Shown piece after piece: positions 49,107 through 62,143 of a stretch of DNA of 64,000 nucleotides. The stretch's first letter is position 1. Each line of letters begins with the position of its first letter. This stretch comes from Podarcis muralis (taxonomy: Eukaryota). The stretch lies in NCBI RefSeq assembly GCF_964188315.1, contig NC_135656.1:35402001-35466000 (forward strand), in the 5' to 3' direction. The notes under the pieces are model-generated. The model was not told the DNA's origin. It saw only the letters and a list, made by a program, of their open reading frames with translations, and did not search any database. A program made the translations under genes and the position numbers.

Positions 49107-49419
49107 CTAAATACAAAAAAAGAGAGAAGAGCAGTAGCAAAACAGTCAGAGAAATGTACTTTGACCATGAAATTCAGACACTGCTAACTTCTGCTGCTGT
49201 GCTCCTATAGCAGAATGTTCATGTTGCTGTTTTTGCCAAACTTTAACTATATAGCCTCATCCTATCAGGTCAGTGCAAGCTTCAGGGCTCCAGAGTTTGT
49301 CTGCTTCCACTAGTTTCCCATTGCTGTGATTGGGGCCTGCATTAAGACCTCAACTGTCATGTGACCCAGTACTATGTGGCCATGACTTTTGCCTCTATGC
49401 ATTTGGTTTAGTGCTAAAG

Positions 49420-49710
49420 CATTTAAAATGTTGGAGACATGCCCTAATTCTATCAATACCAAGATCTTGCACAGAGACTCTTCTACAGGTTTCCCTCCAT
49501 ATCAGGAGTGGCAGATGAACATTGGGCAATAGTCGCTGCCATGGTGCCTCCCATATTCTGTAATGCTCTTCCCAGGAAAGCTTGCCTGCCACTTACTTTG
49601 ATGACCTTCCAGCACCAGGTGAAGAGCTCTATATTTTCTAAGGTCGTGTAATGGTTTTTACATCTGCTGGCAAATGCATGCTGCTGTTTTAGATTTTGCT
49701 GCTTTTAATA
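49420..49710 (+). mobile_element. Degraded L2 3' fragment
   Basis: ctgtaatgctcttccc...gaccttccagcaccaggtgaagagc pattern of the L2 ORF2 end. Confidence 0.5.
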
Positions 49711-50149
49711 CGTCGTTTGCAAGTGGCAATGGCTTTAATCACTTGCATGGTATTGGATTTTGATTCTTTGTAAGCTGCCCTAGGAATGCGTCTGAAGGAT
49801 GAGATAGAAATTTCAATAGCAATGAAGTAAGAAATCTCTTTTGTAAACCCCCCCCCCCAAAAAAAAGGGATTCAAAGAGTGTTAAAAGGACTACGTTAGA
49901 TTCAGACCTGCCTTTCCACAAATGGAAGGTCTGCTTCTGTTTGTGGAATGGACTCAGATGGCTCTGATGGGTGGAAGAGAGTGGGCAAGGGTGATTTTTG
50001 TTAAACCTTTGCTCCCCAACCCCAAAGCCCCTTGCACTGCTGCTTTGGAAGCAGTTCTAGAGCACAGGGCACAGGGAGAAGGACTGCTCACAGAAAATCT
50101 GAATCGAGCCCTATGAAATTAAGAGATTTTCTGCAAAAACAAATGCAAC

Positions 50150-50211
50150 ATGTATTGCAGGGAGTTGGATGAGATGACCTTTAGGGTCCCTTCCAACTCT
50201 ACAATTCTATG
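50150..50211 (+). mobile_element. CR1-type 3' end fragment
   Basis: gcagggagttggatgagatgacctttagggtcccttccaactctacaattctatg. Confidence 0.65.
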
Positions 50212-50444
50212 GACATACTAGACAAACAAATGCTTTCAGACTCTGAACATGGAATCTTTCTAAGCTATGGGTGAGGAGGGATCCATGAGATGGCGCAGGC
50301 TCAAGCAGTTCAAACTGCTGAAGGTGTACCTTCTGATCACTAAGTTTCATGTGAACTTTGTCTGCCTGCCCTTAGGAAACTGCCTAAATATTTTAAAAGT
50401 TTCTACACATGATCATGAAGATTTGAGATCCCTGGAGTCCCTCA

Positions 50445-50612
<168 letters not shown>

Positions 50613-51371
50613 CTAGCTTCATGGTTTTCCGCGGAGTTTCTTTTCTGTTAACCCCCAAACTGGCAGAAGTATGTAGCTGTGGGCTGCTGAATCCACACAA
50701 CAAAGGAAATCATATTACAGGGGAAAGATAATATGCTGTTCAAAATCTGAGAGAGGGAAATCAACACATTTGCTTTGTATCATGTGAACTTATCAGTTTC
50801 TATAAGGTCTGGATCAGAGGTGTGTCGTAAAACATTTTTGAAGAATATTAACATTCAAAACACACGCGTAAGCTCGTTGCACAGTTAGAGGATGGACAGC
50901 GGTGTAGTTTATTCTTGTGCAACATCTCATTCCCCGAATACTAATGCCATCGGATTGCAAAATATTACCACTCCCTGAGAAGCTGCATTGTTGGACTCTA
51001 GCCCAAGCTCTCCATGATTATATTCTCAGTTGAGAATACCATACTAATTGGGCCATGCTATATGTTGCTGGATATGCTGGGTTCTCTGCCCTCTGGTTCT
51101 TCAGGGCAAATGGATCATGATGCATGTTCAATAAACAGGTTGGCAGGTGACCTGATTCAAAAGCTCCCATTCCGAAAGGCCTTTTCTTGTGTACCAAAAC
51201 ATAAAATTCCTCATGGTTTTGTGGTATGTAGGAATAGCTGGGTCAAAGTTCTGGCCTGTCATATGTACAAGCAGACAAATGCCCTGGAAATGGTCAGTTA
51301 TGAAAGGAAACAGAAATTGCAGAGCAAGGTCATCTGGGGAGTTTTTGCTTTGTGCTACATTAAAGTTTAGA

Positions 51372-51728
51372 GGGACGCGGGTGGCGCTGTGGGTAAAACC
51401 TCAACGCCTAGGACTTGCCGATCGCATGGTCAGCGGTTCGAATCCCCGCGGCGGGGTGCACTCCCGCTGCTCGGTCCCAGCGCCTGCCAACCTAGCAGTT
51501 CGAAAGCACCCCCGGGTGCAAGTAGATAAATAGGGATCCTTAATAGCGGGAAGGTAAACGGCATTTCTGTGTGCGGCTCTGGCTCGCCAGATGCAGCTTT
51601 GTCACGCTGGCCACGTGACCCGGAAGTGTCTCCGGACAGCGCTGGCCCCCGGCCTCTAGAGTGAGATGAGTGCACAACCCTACAGTCTGTCAAGACTGGC
51701 CCGTACGGGCAAGGGTACCTTTACCTTT
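51372..51728 (+). mobile_element. Sauria SINE, full length (EVPL intron 8)
   Basis: Head/body/tail as above; 13-bp TSD tacattaaagttt at 51356 and 51729. Confidence 0.92.
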
Positions 51729-52310
51729 TACATTAAAGTTTGGCATTATATTGTCAAACTTAGGTTTGTCTTTTTATACCACTTTAGCTGTCATGGCTGC
51801 CTCCTCAAAGAATCCTAGGAATTGTAGTTTGCCAAGCTGCAGAAATTTCTCTGTGATTCCACCCACACCCCTGCTACAATTCCCAGGTTTCCTTGGGAAG
51901 AAGGGGATGTCTGCTAAGCTATTTTTGTAGTGTGGATTTGTCCAACAAAACACAGAATGTAAGGTTGGTGTAATTGTTCAGAGAAGATCCTTCATCTAAT
52001 GCAGATTGCAAAACTTTGGGGGAAATGATATGGGTTTTTTAAGTGGCACATTAGAGTTGCCTGCTCTCAGCTCTCAGGATGTGGTAGGTTTTAATGGCGA
52101 AACAGTATCTCAATAAATACTCTTTTATTTTGCTGTTCTCCTGAACTCGCTCTGGAGGGCCATATAATATCACAAACATTTAGACATAGCTTGAAGCAAG
52201 AGAAATCTAGAACAATTCTTCATTAAGCAGAGGGGTGGGGAATTGGTGGTCCTCCGGATGTACTTGGACTCCCATCAGCCCCAGCCAGCATGACCAATGG
52301 TCAGGGATTA

Positions 52311-52529
<219 letters not shown>

Positions 52530-53523
52530 CTAAGAGGTCCTTTGCATTTTAGGAGAAGCAGTAGCCCCACATGTCCTAGAAAATGCCAAATCTACCGCTA
52601 AGCTTAGTTATTAGATGCCTTTACTGACGTCAGTGGGGCAGAGAAAACTCCTGCTGCTCAGATTTTCATATGAAAGTGTGTGTGAGAGAGAAACAATGCA
52701 TTAGAAGACAAAGAGGATGTTTACATAACCTCTTCTCCCAATAAAACAACTGGAAAAATGTGAAGTTCATGTGGCTAGAACTTTCCAGATGTGCCCCAGA
52801 CCCAATTGGCTAAGGAATCCAGGGCATAGATTAGTGATAGCTCATGTCAGCTGAAAGTGGTAGGACTTCTGTTCCCAAATCCCCATTCACAAATGGTTTG
52901 CATGCAAAGAAAGAAGCATCTAGATGCAAAAGTATCCGTTTTCCCTTTCCTTGTTGCTGGCTCTCTCATATACACAGATACCCATGCCACAAAGCAGCCT
53001 GGAACAGGTTCCCCAACCATTTATATAAAAGTTTCATAACATGGTAGGTAGCTTCCTCCATCCTCCCCATTTACATTTTCTCTTCTCTGCTTCCTCAATG
53101 TTTCCATGCTTGTGCGGCACTTTGTAGCTCCATAAAAGGAGCACTAGAGAGCATGCATGCTCAGAAGAAGCCTAAAGGATGGTTTCCTCTGGGGTCCACC
53201 CTTGTTCTGTTAACCAAGTCAGAGTAACTACGAACATGCCCAAGTTCAGAGAGCTTTGACTGACCAGAACATATTGAATATACGTTGGGACTCTCCTCTG
53301 AGTGTGGACTGAGGTAAAGGGCAACAACAAGAGCAATAGGCCCAGTTATCTGTTTAGTAAAGTGATGTTCAACACCGATAATTAAAAGGACTCCTACCAA
53401 TGCAACTATGCTGCATGTTGGTGCTGTTACACATATGAATCATTGTGAGCTAAAAATCACTTTGGAGAGTAAATAAAAGAAACCCGCATTCCCTGACCAA
53501 AGTCTTATCCAAAAAGTTACCAT

Positions 53524-53627
53524 GGGTGGCATTCAACAGTTTTATTCAGAGCAGATCAACTGAAATTAGGTATGTTCATTGATTTCAATGGGTATACTCT
53601 GAGTACAACTTAGTTGAATACCACCCT
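53524..53627. mobile_element. Short palindromic MITE
   Basis: gggtggcattcaac ... gttgaataccaccc inverted ends; similar short elements near 9660 and 17200. Confidence 0.55.
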
Positions 53628-53658
53628 TTGGGCAGGATTCTACAAACAAGCCTTGCTA

Positions 53659-54045
<387 letters not shown>

Positions 54046-54054
54046 CTATCCATT

Positions 54055-54056
<2 letters not shown>

Positions 54057-54094
<38 letters not shown>
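54057..54094. repeat. (GA)n microsatellite
   Basis: Uninterrupted GA run next to the EVPL exon 7 acceptor. Confidence 0.95.
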
Positions 54095-54097
<3 letters not shown>

Positions 54098-55012
54098 CAA
54101 TGCCTTGGCAGCAATTTTAACTTAGAATGCCTATAGCCCGTTTTAGGGAACGTGGTTCGTTTCAATTCTCCCTCAGAATATAATTTGACACCACAACAAC
54201 TCCATGAAGTAGTTTAGAATGAAAGACAAAGGCCACCGCTGAATGTTTATCATATGAACCTGGATCTCCCTCTACATCCAGCCTCAAAACCTCAGTCCAA
54301 AAACTTCCCCGTAGAGACGCTGGCTACTGTGGGGATGGGTGACTGAAATGAAGGTGTTTGTGCTCAGTGAGTCATGTGGCTTGTTTGGTTGCTTGAAGTG
54401 GGCCCTCAGGTTCTGGAAACCATTGTGTGGAAGGGGCAGAATTTAAATACTGCACCCAGGGCATTCAAATGCTTTTCTTTTCCTCACGCTTCCAATTACA
54501 CATTCAGTGCTTCCTTTATGCAAGGAACCAGGAAATGTAAATAAGGTACTGGGAACTAGTAACCAACTTCAGCTTTGTAGGAGTGTACCTAGGGGTTGAC
54601 CAGGTTGGCACCTCCAAGGCTGCAGGCCCAAGTATGTGTGCGAAAATTGCACCTCTCCACTCTGCCTTGGAGTGGCTAGGAGGCCACCTGCCCATTCCCC
54701 AGCCCATTCCTCCGCAGCTCTGGGGTGGCTGGATGAGGGGTGAAGGCTCCTCTGGGGTCTCGGAGGAGGAATCCAGTTGCTGGTGTGGGCCTTCACAGCA
54801 GCCCTGTGGGGACCCCTCCCCAGGTGGCCAGCAGCACTATTAGAAGTGTGAGCGGAGCACCCAGCATGGCTCAGAGGGAATAAATATGGAGACAGTGGGT
54901 GAGAGTTGCAGGAAGAGGGAAAAGGAAGGGATAGGGAGGAAGTAGAAGGGAAAGCAGCAAGTGGAGGAAGGGAAGGAGGAAGCAGACAGACAGATGATTG
55001 AGGAGGAGGAGG

Positions 55013-55118
55013 AGAATCATAGAATCATAGAGTTGGAATAGACCACAAGGGCCATCGAGTCCAACCCCCTGCCAAGCAGGAAACACCATCAGAGCACCCC
55101 TGACATATGGTTGTCAAG
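55013..55118 (-). mobile_element. CR1 LINE 3' end
   Basis: (agaatcat)2 = ATTCTATG octamer tail on minus, followed by CR1 3'UTR-like sequence. Confidence 0.75.
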
Positions 55119-55170
55119 AAGAAGAAGAATAAGAAGGAGGAGGAGGAGGAGGAGGAGGAGGAGGAGAAGG
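55117..55170. repeat. (AAG)n/(GAG)n purine tract
   Basis: aagaagaag...gaggaggag run directly after the CR1 fragment. Confidence 0.9.
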
Positions 55171-55330
55171 GGGGCAGAGTAGAGCAGACCCAATCCTGAT
55201 GGCTGCAGAGGAAGTCACTGGCACAGTGTGAAAGGCAGCAAATAGCAAACTTTTTGAGTGTCTGGTCCATGGTCCCTCCCAACCTTGAAGGTCCCAATAT
55301 AGCTTATTGCCAAGGGTGCAGAGGTATGCC

Positions 55331-55664
55331 TAGCAGTGGAGGAAGCCGCTTGGGTGCCTGGGGCTGCGCACCCAGGGGTGGGGCGAGGGCAGGGCACCCA
55401 TAGGGGTGGGGCGCACCGCGGAGCCTCCGGAGTCTGCCTGCCTCCTCCCACTCAGCCACCCTACAGCTGGGGTGGGGGAAGAGGCAGCAAGCGGACCGTT
55501 TGGGCAGCGCAGAGCCTGCACGCGCCCAAGCCACCGCGTCTCTTCCGGAAGAGACGCGTGGCTCGGGCGCGCTGCAGGCCCCGTGGTGAGTGCCGCCTGG
55601 TATTTTGTCACCCCCCTCAGTGGTGACACCCGGGGTGGCCCGCACCCACCTTCCTCTGCCCCTG
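55331..55664. mobile_element. GC-rich hAT-type non-autonomous element (EVPL intron 6)
   Basis: Perfect 8-bp TSD ggtatgcc at 55323 and 55665; imperfect 16-bp TIRs; CpG-rich with internal hairpin. Confidence 0.78.
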
Positions 55665-55918
55665 GGTATGCCTCAGCAGCTTTGTAAGTGCTTCAGGAAC
55701 CGACTAGTCCAGGTTGGGACGCAGCTAAACGTGCCTCATTTTCCCAACAACTCCCTGTCTGAACCTGACAGTTTTCTTTAAAATATAAAAGCCTCTTTAA
55801 TAATCCATTTGGGTTTTTTTAAAGGAAAAATAAGTTACCTCATAGAGAAAAAGTGATGTTGTGGTCTATGGATTAACACATTAAATTCTATTCTAGACAT
55901 ATTGGAAAAGATTCTTAC

Positions 55919-55957
55919 CAGCAATTTCTTGTGCCGGCTCCTTAAATCTTCTGCTTC
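55919..55957 (-). CDS. EVPL: EVPL exon 6 (39-nt small exon)
   Basis: EAEDLRSRHKKLL; acceptor caaatag, donor CTG|GTAAG; 13 codons in phase 0, position fits the short exon between the spectrin-repeat exons. Confidence 0.85.
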
Positions 55958-55979
55958 CTATTTGTTTGGTAAGGAGGGC

Positions 55980-55982
<3 letters not shown>

Positions 55983-56022
<40 letters not shown>
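55983..56022. repeat. (GA)n microsatellite
   Basis: Uninterrupted GA run near the EVPL exon 6 acceptor. Confidence 0.95.
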
Positions 56023-56024
<2 letters not shown>

Positions 56025-57216
56025 ATTCACAAAGTAATTGATTATAAGTTAAAAAAAATAATTTCATAGACTATAGAAAGTTTTATTTAAAAAGCAGACC
56101 TTGTCTTACTGCAGGCAATTGTCAGGGTCCAATACATGTACTGTAGGAAAGTCAGTGAAGACTTATTTTATACAATTTGGATTCAAGTAGAGTCTTCTGG
56201 CTTTTTAAATAAATTGATGCTAACAAGTTTATTTCAAAATGCTGGTATTCTGTGTGTACTAATTCAGTGTTTATCATTTTAATTTGAATCAGATTCAGGA
56301 AAGTGATGCTGGGAACATTGAATTTTGAACATTGAGTGCAAAATTATGGCTTTGTTTCATCCTTTCAAAGCAGACTACTCATAGCTTTCTGTTTAAAGAA
56401 TGGCAGCAGAAAGCTATCAATTAGCTAAGTCGGCCTTTACTTTTGGCTACCAATTAGTCATCACTGTCAATTAGCAATTTTACTTTACTAAGGTAATTAA
56501 GGCTCAGTCTGTTTCTGTAGGCTGTTATTATCACACAGTTCAGTAATAGGGCAGCTGAGGTACAATGTCCTAAAAAAGGCCACATAATCACATAATGTCC
56601 CAAATGTGTAATACTCTCCCCCCCAGAAGTCCATTTGATACATACAGTGTTAATTACTTAATTAATCAATGAAGCATTTATTGACTGGCTTTCATATAAA
56701 AATAAAAATGTGGTTTGCATAATAAAACAGTAAAATACCTTAAAAACAAAAACAAATACCATAATTTTTTGAAGAACCAAAGCTATGTTTATTTAAGCAT
56801 CTTTCATGTGTTATCTTTTCAGCATCAGCACAAAACTTCATTATTTTCTCAAGTTTTTAACTGTTGAGATTTTATAGACCTTTTATTTATCAGATGCTGA
56901 GCCTGTGCTGGACAGCGCAAGATATTGTATAAAATTACTTGGATGCATCACTGATGTTTTTGTTCTGTTTTGAATAAAGTTCTGCAAGTAAAGTTTTGAA
57001 TAATATCTAATGGGTCTGGACCATGTTTCATTTCAAAAGGAGTCAGTTTTTATGCACCCAGTTGCTTCCAGCTGCACAATAGTAATATCTGCAATACTCT
57101 ATACAACCTCGGAATCTGTACTGCATGGTTGAGGAAACCCTACTGAACACATTCTGGGGGCACACAATGGGGTCTGTCAACAGAGTTGGAAAGGTAGATG
57201 AAATATGCAATTTTAC

Positions 57217-57342
57217 CGGACTATGAAGGTTCTTGATCTGGAGTCCATATGCTTCAATTTCCTTCTGAAGGATGTTGTGTTCTGCCACCTGTTTCTCCAG
57301 CTCTGGCATAGTAGGTCCATATTTCCCTGCATCGATTTCTTT
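57217..57342 (-). CDS. EVPL: EVPL exon 5 (126 nt)
   Basis: KEIDAGKYGPTMPELEKQVAEHNILQKEIEAYGLQIKNLHSP; AG/GT flanks. Confidence 0.95.
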
Positions 57343-57670
57343 CTGCAACAAAGCCAGTAAGAGCACTTTAAGGGTTACCCAACTGAGAAAGACCAGTCCA
57401 TTCCTCTAACCTCCTACGCCAAGATATGTTCCTCGTGGTAGCTGCCAGCAATAAGGACCCCCTTACCTTGTGATGTTGGAGGTTACTGAGCACCAGAACA
57501 ACAGAGCAGGAGAAAACAGAAGAGGGGAGGCAGAGGTTCTCAGGACAGGTTCAAAAGGCCTGGTGGTTTTACCAGCACAAAACCATTATTGGTAAAACTG
57601 CACCCCCTTCATTTTTTCTGCCATGAAGCTTTTCAGGCAGAGGAGAATCCTTTGATTCAGGAGGACCTTA

Positions 57671-57859
57671 GGCTGTGTACACAATATACCTTTAAAACAC
57701 ATTTAAAGCACATTTCCCCCCTCAAAGAATTCTGGGCACTGTAGTTTGTTAAGGCATACTGGGAATTGTAACTCTGAGGGGTAAAATACAGTGCATAGAA
57801 TTCCTTGATGGGAGAAACATGCTTTGAATGTGCTTTAAAGGTATAGTGTGTACACAGCC
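57671..57859. mobile_element. PIF/Harbinger-type palindromic MITE
   Basis: Long TIRs GGCTGTGTACACA-TATACCTTTAAA; 3-bp TSD TTA on both sides. Confidence 0.8.
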
Positions 57860-58044
57860 TTAGCTGTTGATTTTTCAAGGAAGCAGGGCAGGAGGAGAGT
57901 TAAGGTTCATGCAGAGAAGAAACAGCTGAGTAGGCTTACATCCAAGACAACAGTGTGGCTGGCAGCAGCCAAAATATCTTCTAGCTTTGCAATGCACATG
58001 CCTCCAGCCATTACTCTGCCCATAGCTAGGACACCAGAGAAGAG

Positions 58045-58046
<2 letters not shown>

Positions 58047-58076
<30 letters not shown>
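58047..58076. repeat. (GT)n microsatellite
   Basis: Uninterrupted GT run in EVPL intron 4. Confidence 0.95.
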
Positions 58077-58077
<1 letters not shown>

Positions 58078-58981
58078 GTCTTCCTCACAGACTTTATTAG
58101 GGGCCCATAGCGTAAATAGGAGATGTGGAGGGAAGCGTAGACTGGATCATCATCCAAACAGGGAATTTGACTCCCCCTGAGTCAGGGGAGGAAAAAGTCG
58201 GTTGTGCACTAAGGAACCCTGTTTCATCTGCTGGTAGATCATCATAATCATCAACAACAACATTATCAACAAAGTATTGTTATTTATGCCCTGCCCAGCT
58301 GGACACCAAAGAGCTATAGTGATGACAAGGCAACCCTCCATTCTAAAACCTCAGGTCTAGTGCCAGTAGTTGAAAGCAGGTCTGTGGCAAAGGGTATGTT
58401 CAGTAGCAAAACAGCTGCCGGTTCATCTTGACTACAAGCCTGGGGCATTTATTTCAAAGGCACTATTAAAGCAGCTGCATCTTCCGGGTTGCTTTAAGAT
58501 ATTTGCAACATTAAAAAAACTTTCTCAGGTTTACTGCAAAGAAACTGCATTTAACAATCCAAACAAACCCCCTTCTGCTACAGTTCCTTCAATGATGGCA
58601 GTGACAAGAGGGCCTAAGGTTGCGATCCAAACCATAGCTACTATGATTATCATGATGACCAGGTTGAATTCCCATCAAGTTGTATACTGGGCCATATCTG
58701 AAGATGGTCTCATCTGCTATCAATGATTGAGCCAGGGGAGGTTATTGCTTTTGTTTGTTACTATGTTATGTATTTTTGTGTTTTTATATAGAAAACTGCC
58801 CCATGAATCTTTGGATGAAAGGCGGTATAGACATTTAATAAATAAAAATAAAATCCCCATGAACATAACTACACTTCTTGAATCATGCCTTTTGTTTTCC
58901 TTAGTGGAATTAATGTTCACCTTTATTAGCAAATCTGCTTGCTCAAATCAAATGCCAGTGTATCCACTTAGCAACCTTTAC

Positions 58982-59105
58982 CTGCTTTTGTTCTAGAATT
59001 TTTCCCCAGTCCACTTTGGAACCAGCTTCAGGAAGTGTAAACTTTTCATACAGATCTCGATATTCGGCACATTGGTGTGTCACTCGGCCGTGCAGCTGCT
59101 TGATG
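58982..59105 (-). CDS. EVPL: EVPL exon 4 (124 nt)
   Basis: IKQLHGRVTHQCAEYRDLYEKFTLPEAGSKVDWGKILEQKQ; AG/GT flanks. Confidence 0.95.
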
Positions 59106-59341
59106 CTTTGCAAGAAAGAAGGAAGTTTCTCTGTTAGAAATTAGGTCTCCTAACCTAAGGAAGATTTGACCAGGACCACAATGAAAGGTTTGGTCTGGAG
59201 TTTATCACCTATTGATGTCAGTCAGCCACATGGGTTACCATTAGGGATGGGAGAATCTGTCAATTTAAGTTTATCAGACTTCCATTTTAGTGTAGACTCC
59301 TCCTAATATACACATTTTTGTATACACATTTGCCTAATATA

Positions 59342-59567
59342 CAGTGATACCTCGGGTTACATAAGCTTCAGGTTACAGACTCCGCTAATCCAGAAATAGT
59401 ACCTCGGGTTAAGAACTTTGCTTCAGGATGAGAACAGAAATCGTGCTCAAGCGGCGCAGTGGCAGCAGGAGGCCCCATTAGATAAAGTGGTGCTCCAGGT
59501 TAAGAACAGTTTCAGGTTAAGAACGGACCTCCGGAACGAATTAAGTACTTAACCTGAGGTACCACTG
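59342..59567 (+). mobile_element. Tc1/mariner (Tigger-like) MITE, nested in a hAT MITE
   Basis: TA-CAGTGATACC...GGTACCACTG-TA. Confidence 0.88.
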
Positions 59568-59737
59568 TACATATATCTTTCTAAAGCATATTTCCCCATA
59601 TATTTACATTTACCCTAATTAATTTCTCTGCTGCTTTATGCATTTCTGAGCAACTTTACCTTAGTACATGCATTTTTGTACACATATCTTGGGTTGGGGA
59701 ACCACACTGCAAAATTCAGAGAAGTGCAAATTTTGAA

Positions 59738-59885
59738 TAATAGAATTGTAAAGTTGGAAGGGAGCCTGAGGATCATCTTTTCCAACCCCCTGCAATACAG
59801 GAATATACAGGTGTCCCAAATGGGTATCAAACCTGCAACCTTGGGATTATCAGCACCATGCTCTTGCCAACTGAGCTATCCAGGC
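59738..59885 (-). mobile_element. tRNA-Ile-like head + CR1-tail SINE
   Basis: Minus strand reads tagctcagttggcaagagcatggtgctgataat...ggtttgatacc, then a CR1-type 3' end ...cccttccaactttacaattcta. Confidence 0.75.
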
Positions 59886-59989
59886 ATGGTTGAATTTCAG
59901 TCTGTACATTGTTTTGGAAGGTGCAGATTTGGAAGATTCACCTTAAAATGCAAACTGAATCTAATTTGTGCCTCATCCCTAGTCACCAT

Positions 59990-60352
59990 GCAACTAGGGC
60001 CAGGGCCTTTTCAGTACTGGCCCCGACTTGTTGGAACGCTCTGTCACAAGAGACAAGGGCCCTGCGGGACTTGACATCTTTCCGCAGGGCCTGCAAGACA
60101 GAGCCGTTCCGCCTGGCCTTTGGTTTGGACTCAGTCTGACCCCTATGTTTCCCTCCCCTTATGGTTTTGATCTGTGAGCTACTATTAAAATGAGGCTGCA
60201 TTTTAAATTGTATTTTGACCCATATTTTAAATTGGTCCCCCCCCCCCATTATGTTTTTATTGTAATTTTACTGGTGTTAGCCGCCCTGAGCCCGGCTCTG
60301 GCAGGGGAGGGTGGGGTATATATATATATAAAATTATTATTATTATTATTAT
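59990..60352 (+). mobile_element. L2 LINE 3' end (second subfamily)
   Basis: TRARAFSVLAPTCWNALSQETRALRDLTSFRRACKTEPFRLAF, 3'UTR with gccgccctgagccc and (tta)n tail. Confidence 0.8.
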
Positions 60353-60402
60353 TTAAATTTAGTTCAGAAGGGTTGCAAAGAAATAGAAGCATTACAAACT
60401 CA

Positions 60403-60564
<162 letters not shown>

Positions 60565-61037
60565 TCAAAAAAAGTGTTGGTGCATAAATGCCATTATCCA
60601 TCGGAGATGGTAGGAAGTGGCTGTGAATCATGAAGCCAAATCTTACTCTTGAGTACAAACAGGCAGCTCTCGGTATTTTCACAAACTTGAGGAAAGTGTT
60701 TTTCGTCAAGCAGTGCATAATCATTAATTTATAGAAATCACTGCCAAAATATACACTGGTAGCCTCTAGCTTAGAGGATTGAAAAAAAACAGGTGAGACA
60801 AATTTATGAAGGATAGACTTAGCATGCTGAGGGAACAACAACAGATGATACTTCCCGAAGGCATTGGGTTGGAGACAAAATGATGTATTAAAGCTCTTGT
60901 ACACCACCTAGACATTGGGTGTGCTTATACATATGCAGCTGAAACTTCAGGGTTTTAATGCTCTACTCAGGGCTTTCTCCAATACCCCTTCATCTCTAGC
61001 ACATAGTGTGGGTCTCATATCAACCTCCCAAATTTAC

Positions 61038-61140
61038 CTGCTTAAGTTTGTTTTGTGTTTCAAGGATGTCCTTTTCCACCTGGTCAGCATTTTTTTGCAT
61101 GCGAGAGATGAGCACAGCCAAGTCATTTGTGCTTGAGGAT
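61038..61140 (-). CDS. EVPL: EVPL exon 2 (103 nt)
   Basis: SSSTNDLAVLISRMQKNADQVEKDILETQNKLKQ; strong pyrimidine tract, CAG|GTAAAT donor; exon 1 not found in the window. Confidence 0.94.
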
Positions 61141-62143
61141 CTGAGGACAAGAACAGAGAAATCAGGTGCATACAAATTACAGTAGTTTGCTCAAAGTTTT
61201 CATCTGAGTCATGGCCCGATTAATCATTATGTAATTACCAAATACAGGTGACTCTCCACTTACCTTCTGGACCGCCCCGCCCCATAAATGAAAAGCACGT
61301 AAATGGGGAGTCCTAGTGGCTTTTCTGTGTATCAGCTGAACAGCCTCAACAAAGCCTTGCTGCGCCCCCAGCTCACAAGGAGACCCTCCCAGGCCAATAG
61401 GAATGAAACAGATCCAAGTCTGCTGTTGAGAAAGAGTATCTAACTTTATTGCTGATGTAATGTGGAAGTGAGATGCATTTTGGAGTGTTTGTGCCCAGTA
61501 ATCTTCTGGGTGACTGCGCGTAGTCAGAAGTTTAGCAAAGCGATTAAGCTTCCCATAGCAGACAAAATGTAGCAGAGGTTGTTTCACTTGGTAAACACAA
61601 AACACACTATATACATATTATACACAGCTGCTACAAGAAGGCGTCTTTCTCTGAGCCTAGAGAGGGTTTTTAGCTTTCAAAGTCATTGCACATCCAAAGT
61701 CCAAAGTTGCTAATGTCCTGCAACTTCAGTCGACTGTTTCTTCTTCACAAGTCTTTCCAGTTCTGTCCAACAATCCTTCTCCACAATTCTCCACCAGCCC
61801 AGACTAAGAAATTTCCTTCTTCATACACGCCTATAACCACAAATTAATACTGTGGATTGTCAACAGCCTGACAATCCAGACACAATGTTTGCTTGACCTA
61901 TTGATGACTTCCTAGTGACTTCTTGAGAACCACCTAGGGTGTGTTACGTTATATGTTGAAAAGAGCAATAGTTGATTTCTTTCTCCCCTCAGTAATGAGT
62001 AAAGTATAAAAACTGCAGTGAATGACATTGCAGACTATAATATTGTAGGGAGTCATTCTAATGGAAAATAAAACTATTTGTCTCTGAGAAGAGATACTTG
62101 TTATCTATCAGAAGCATCTATCATCCTATGTGGTTTTTTTAAA

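Larger units (their letters stand above)
59242..59981. mobile_element. AT-rich hAT MITE hosting two nested insertions
   Basis: TAGGGATG...CATCCCTA ends; 8-bp TSD gttaccat / gtcaccat; similar AT-rich body at about 63380-63785. Confidence 0.75.

Noticed and set aside
58652-58701. C/D-box-like ATGATGA...CTGA as a snoRNA
   Set aside because: Only about 50 nt, antisense to the host intron, with no convincing terminal stem or recognisable guide
58370-58726. 118-aa plus-strand ORF in EVPL intron 4 as a nested gene
   Set aside because: No recognisable domain, splice context or promoter; more likely decayed repeat sequence
59812-59885. tRNA-Ile-like sequence as a functional tRNA gene
   Set aside because: Stems are mismatched and it runs directly into a CR1-type tail, so it is a SINE head
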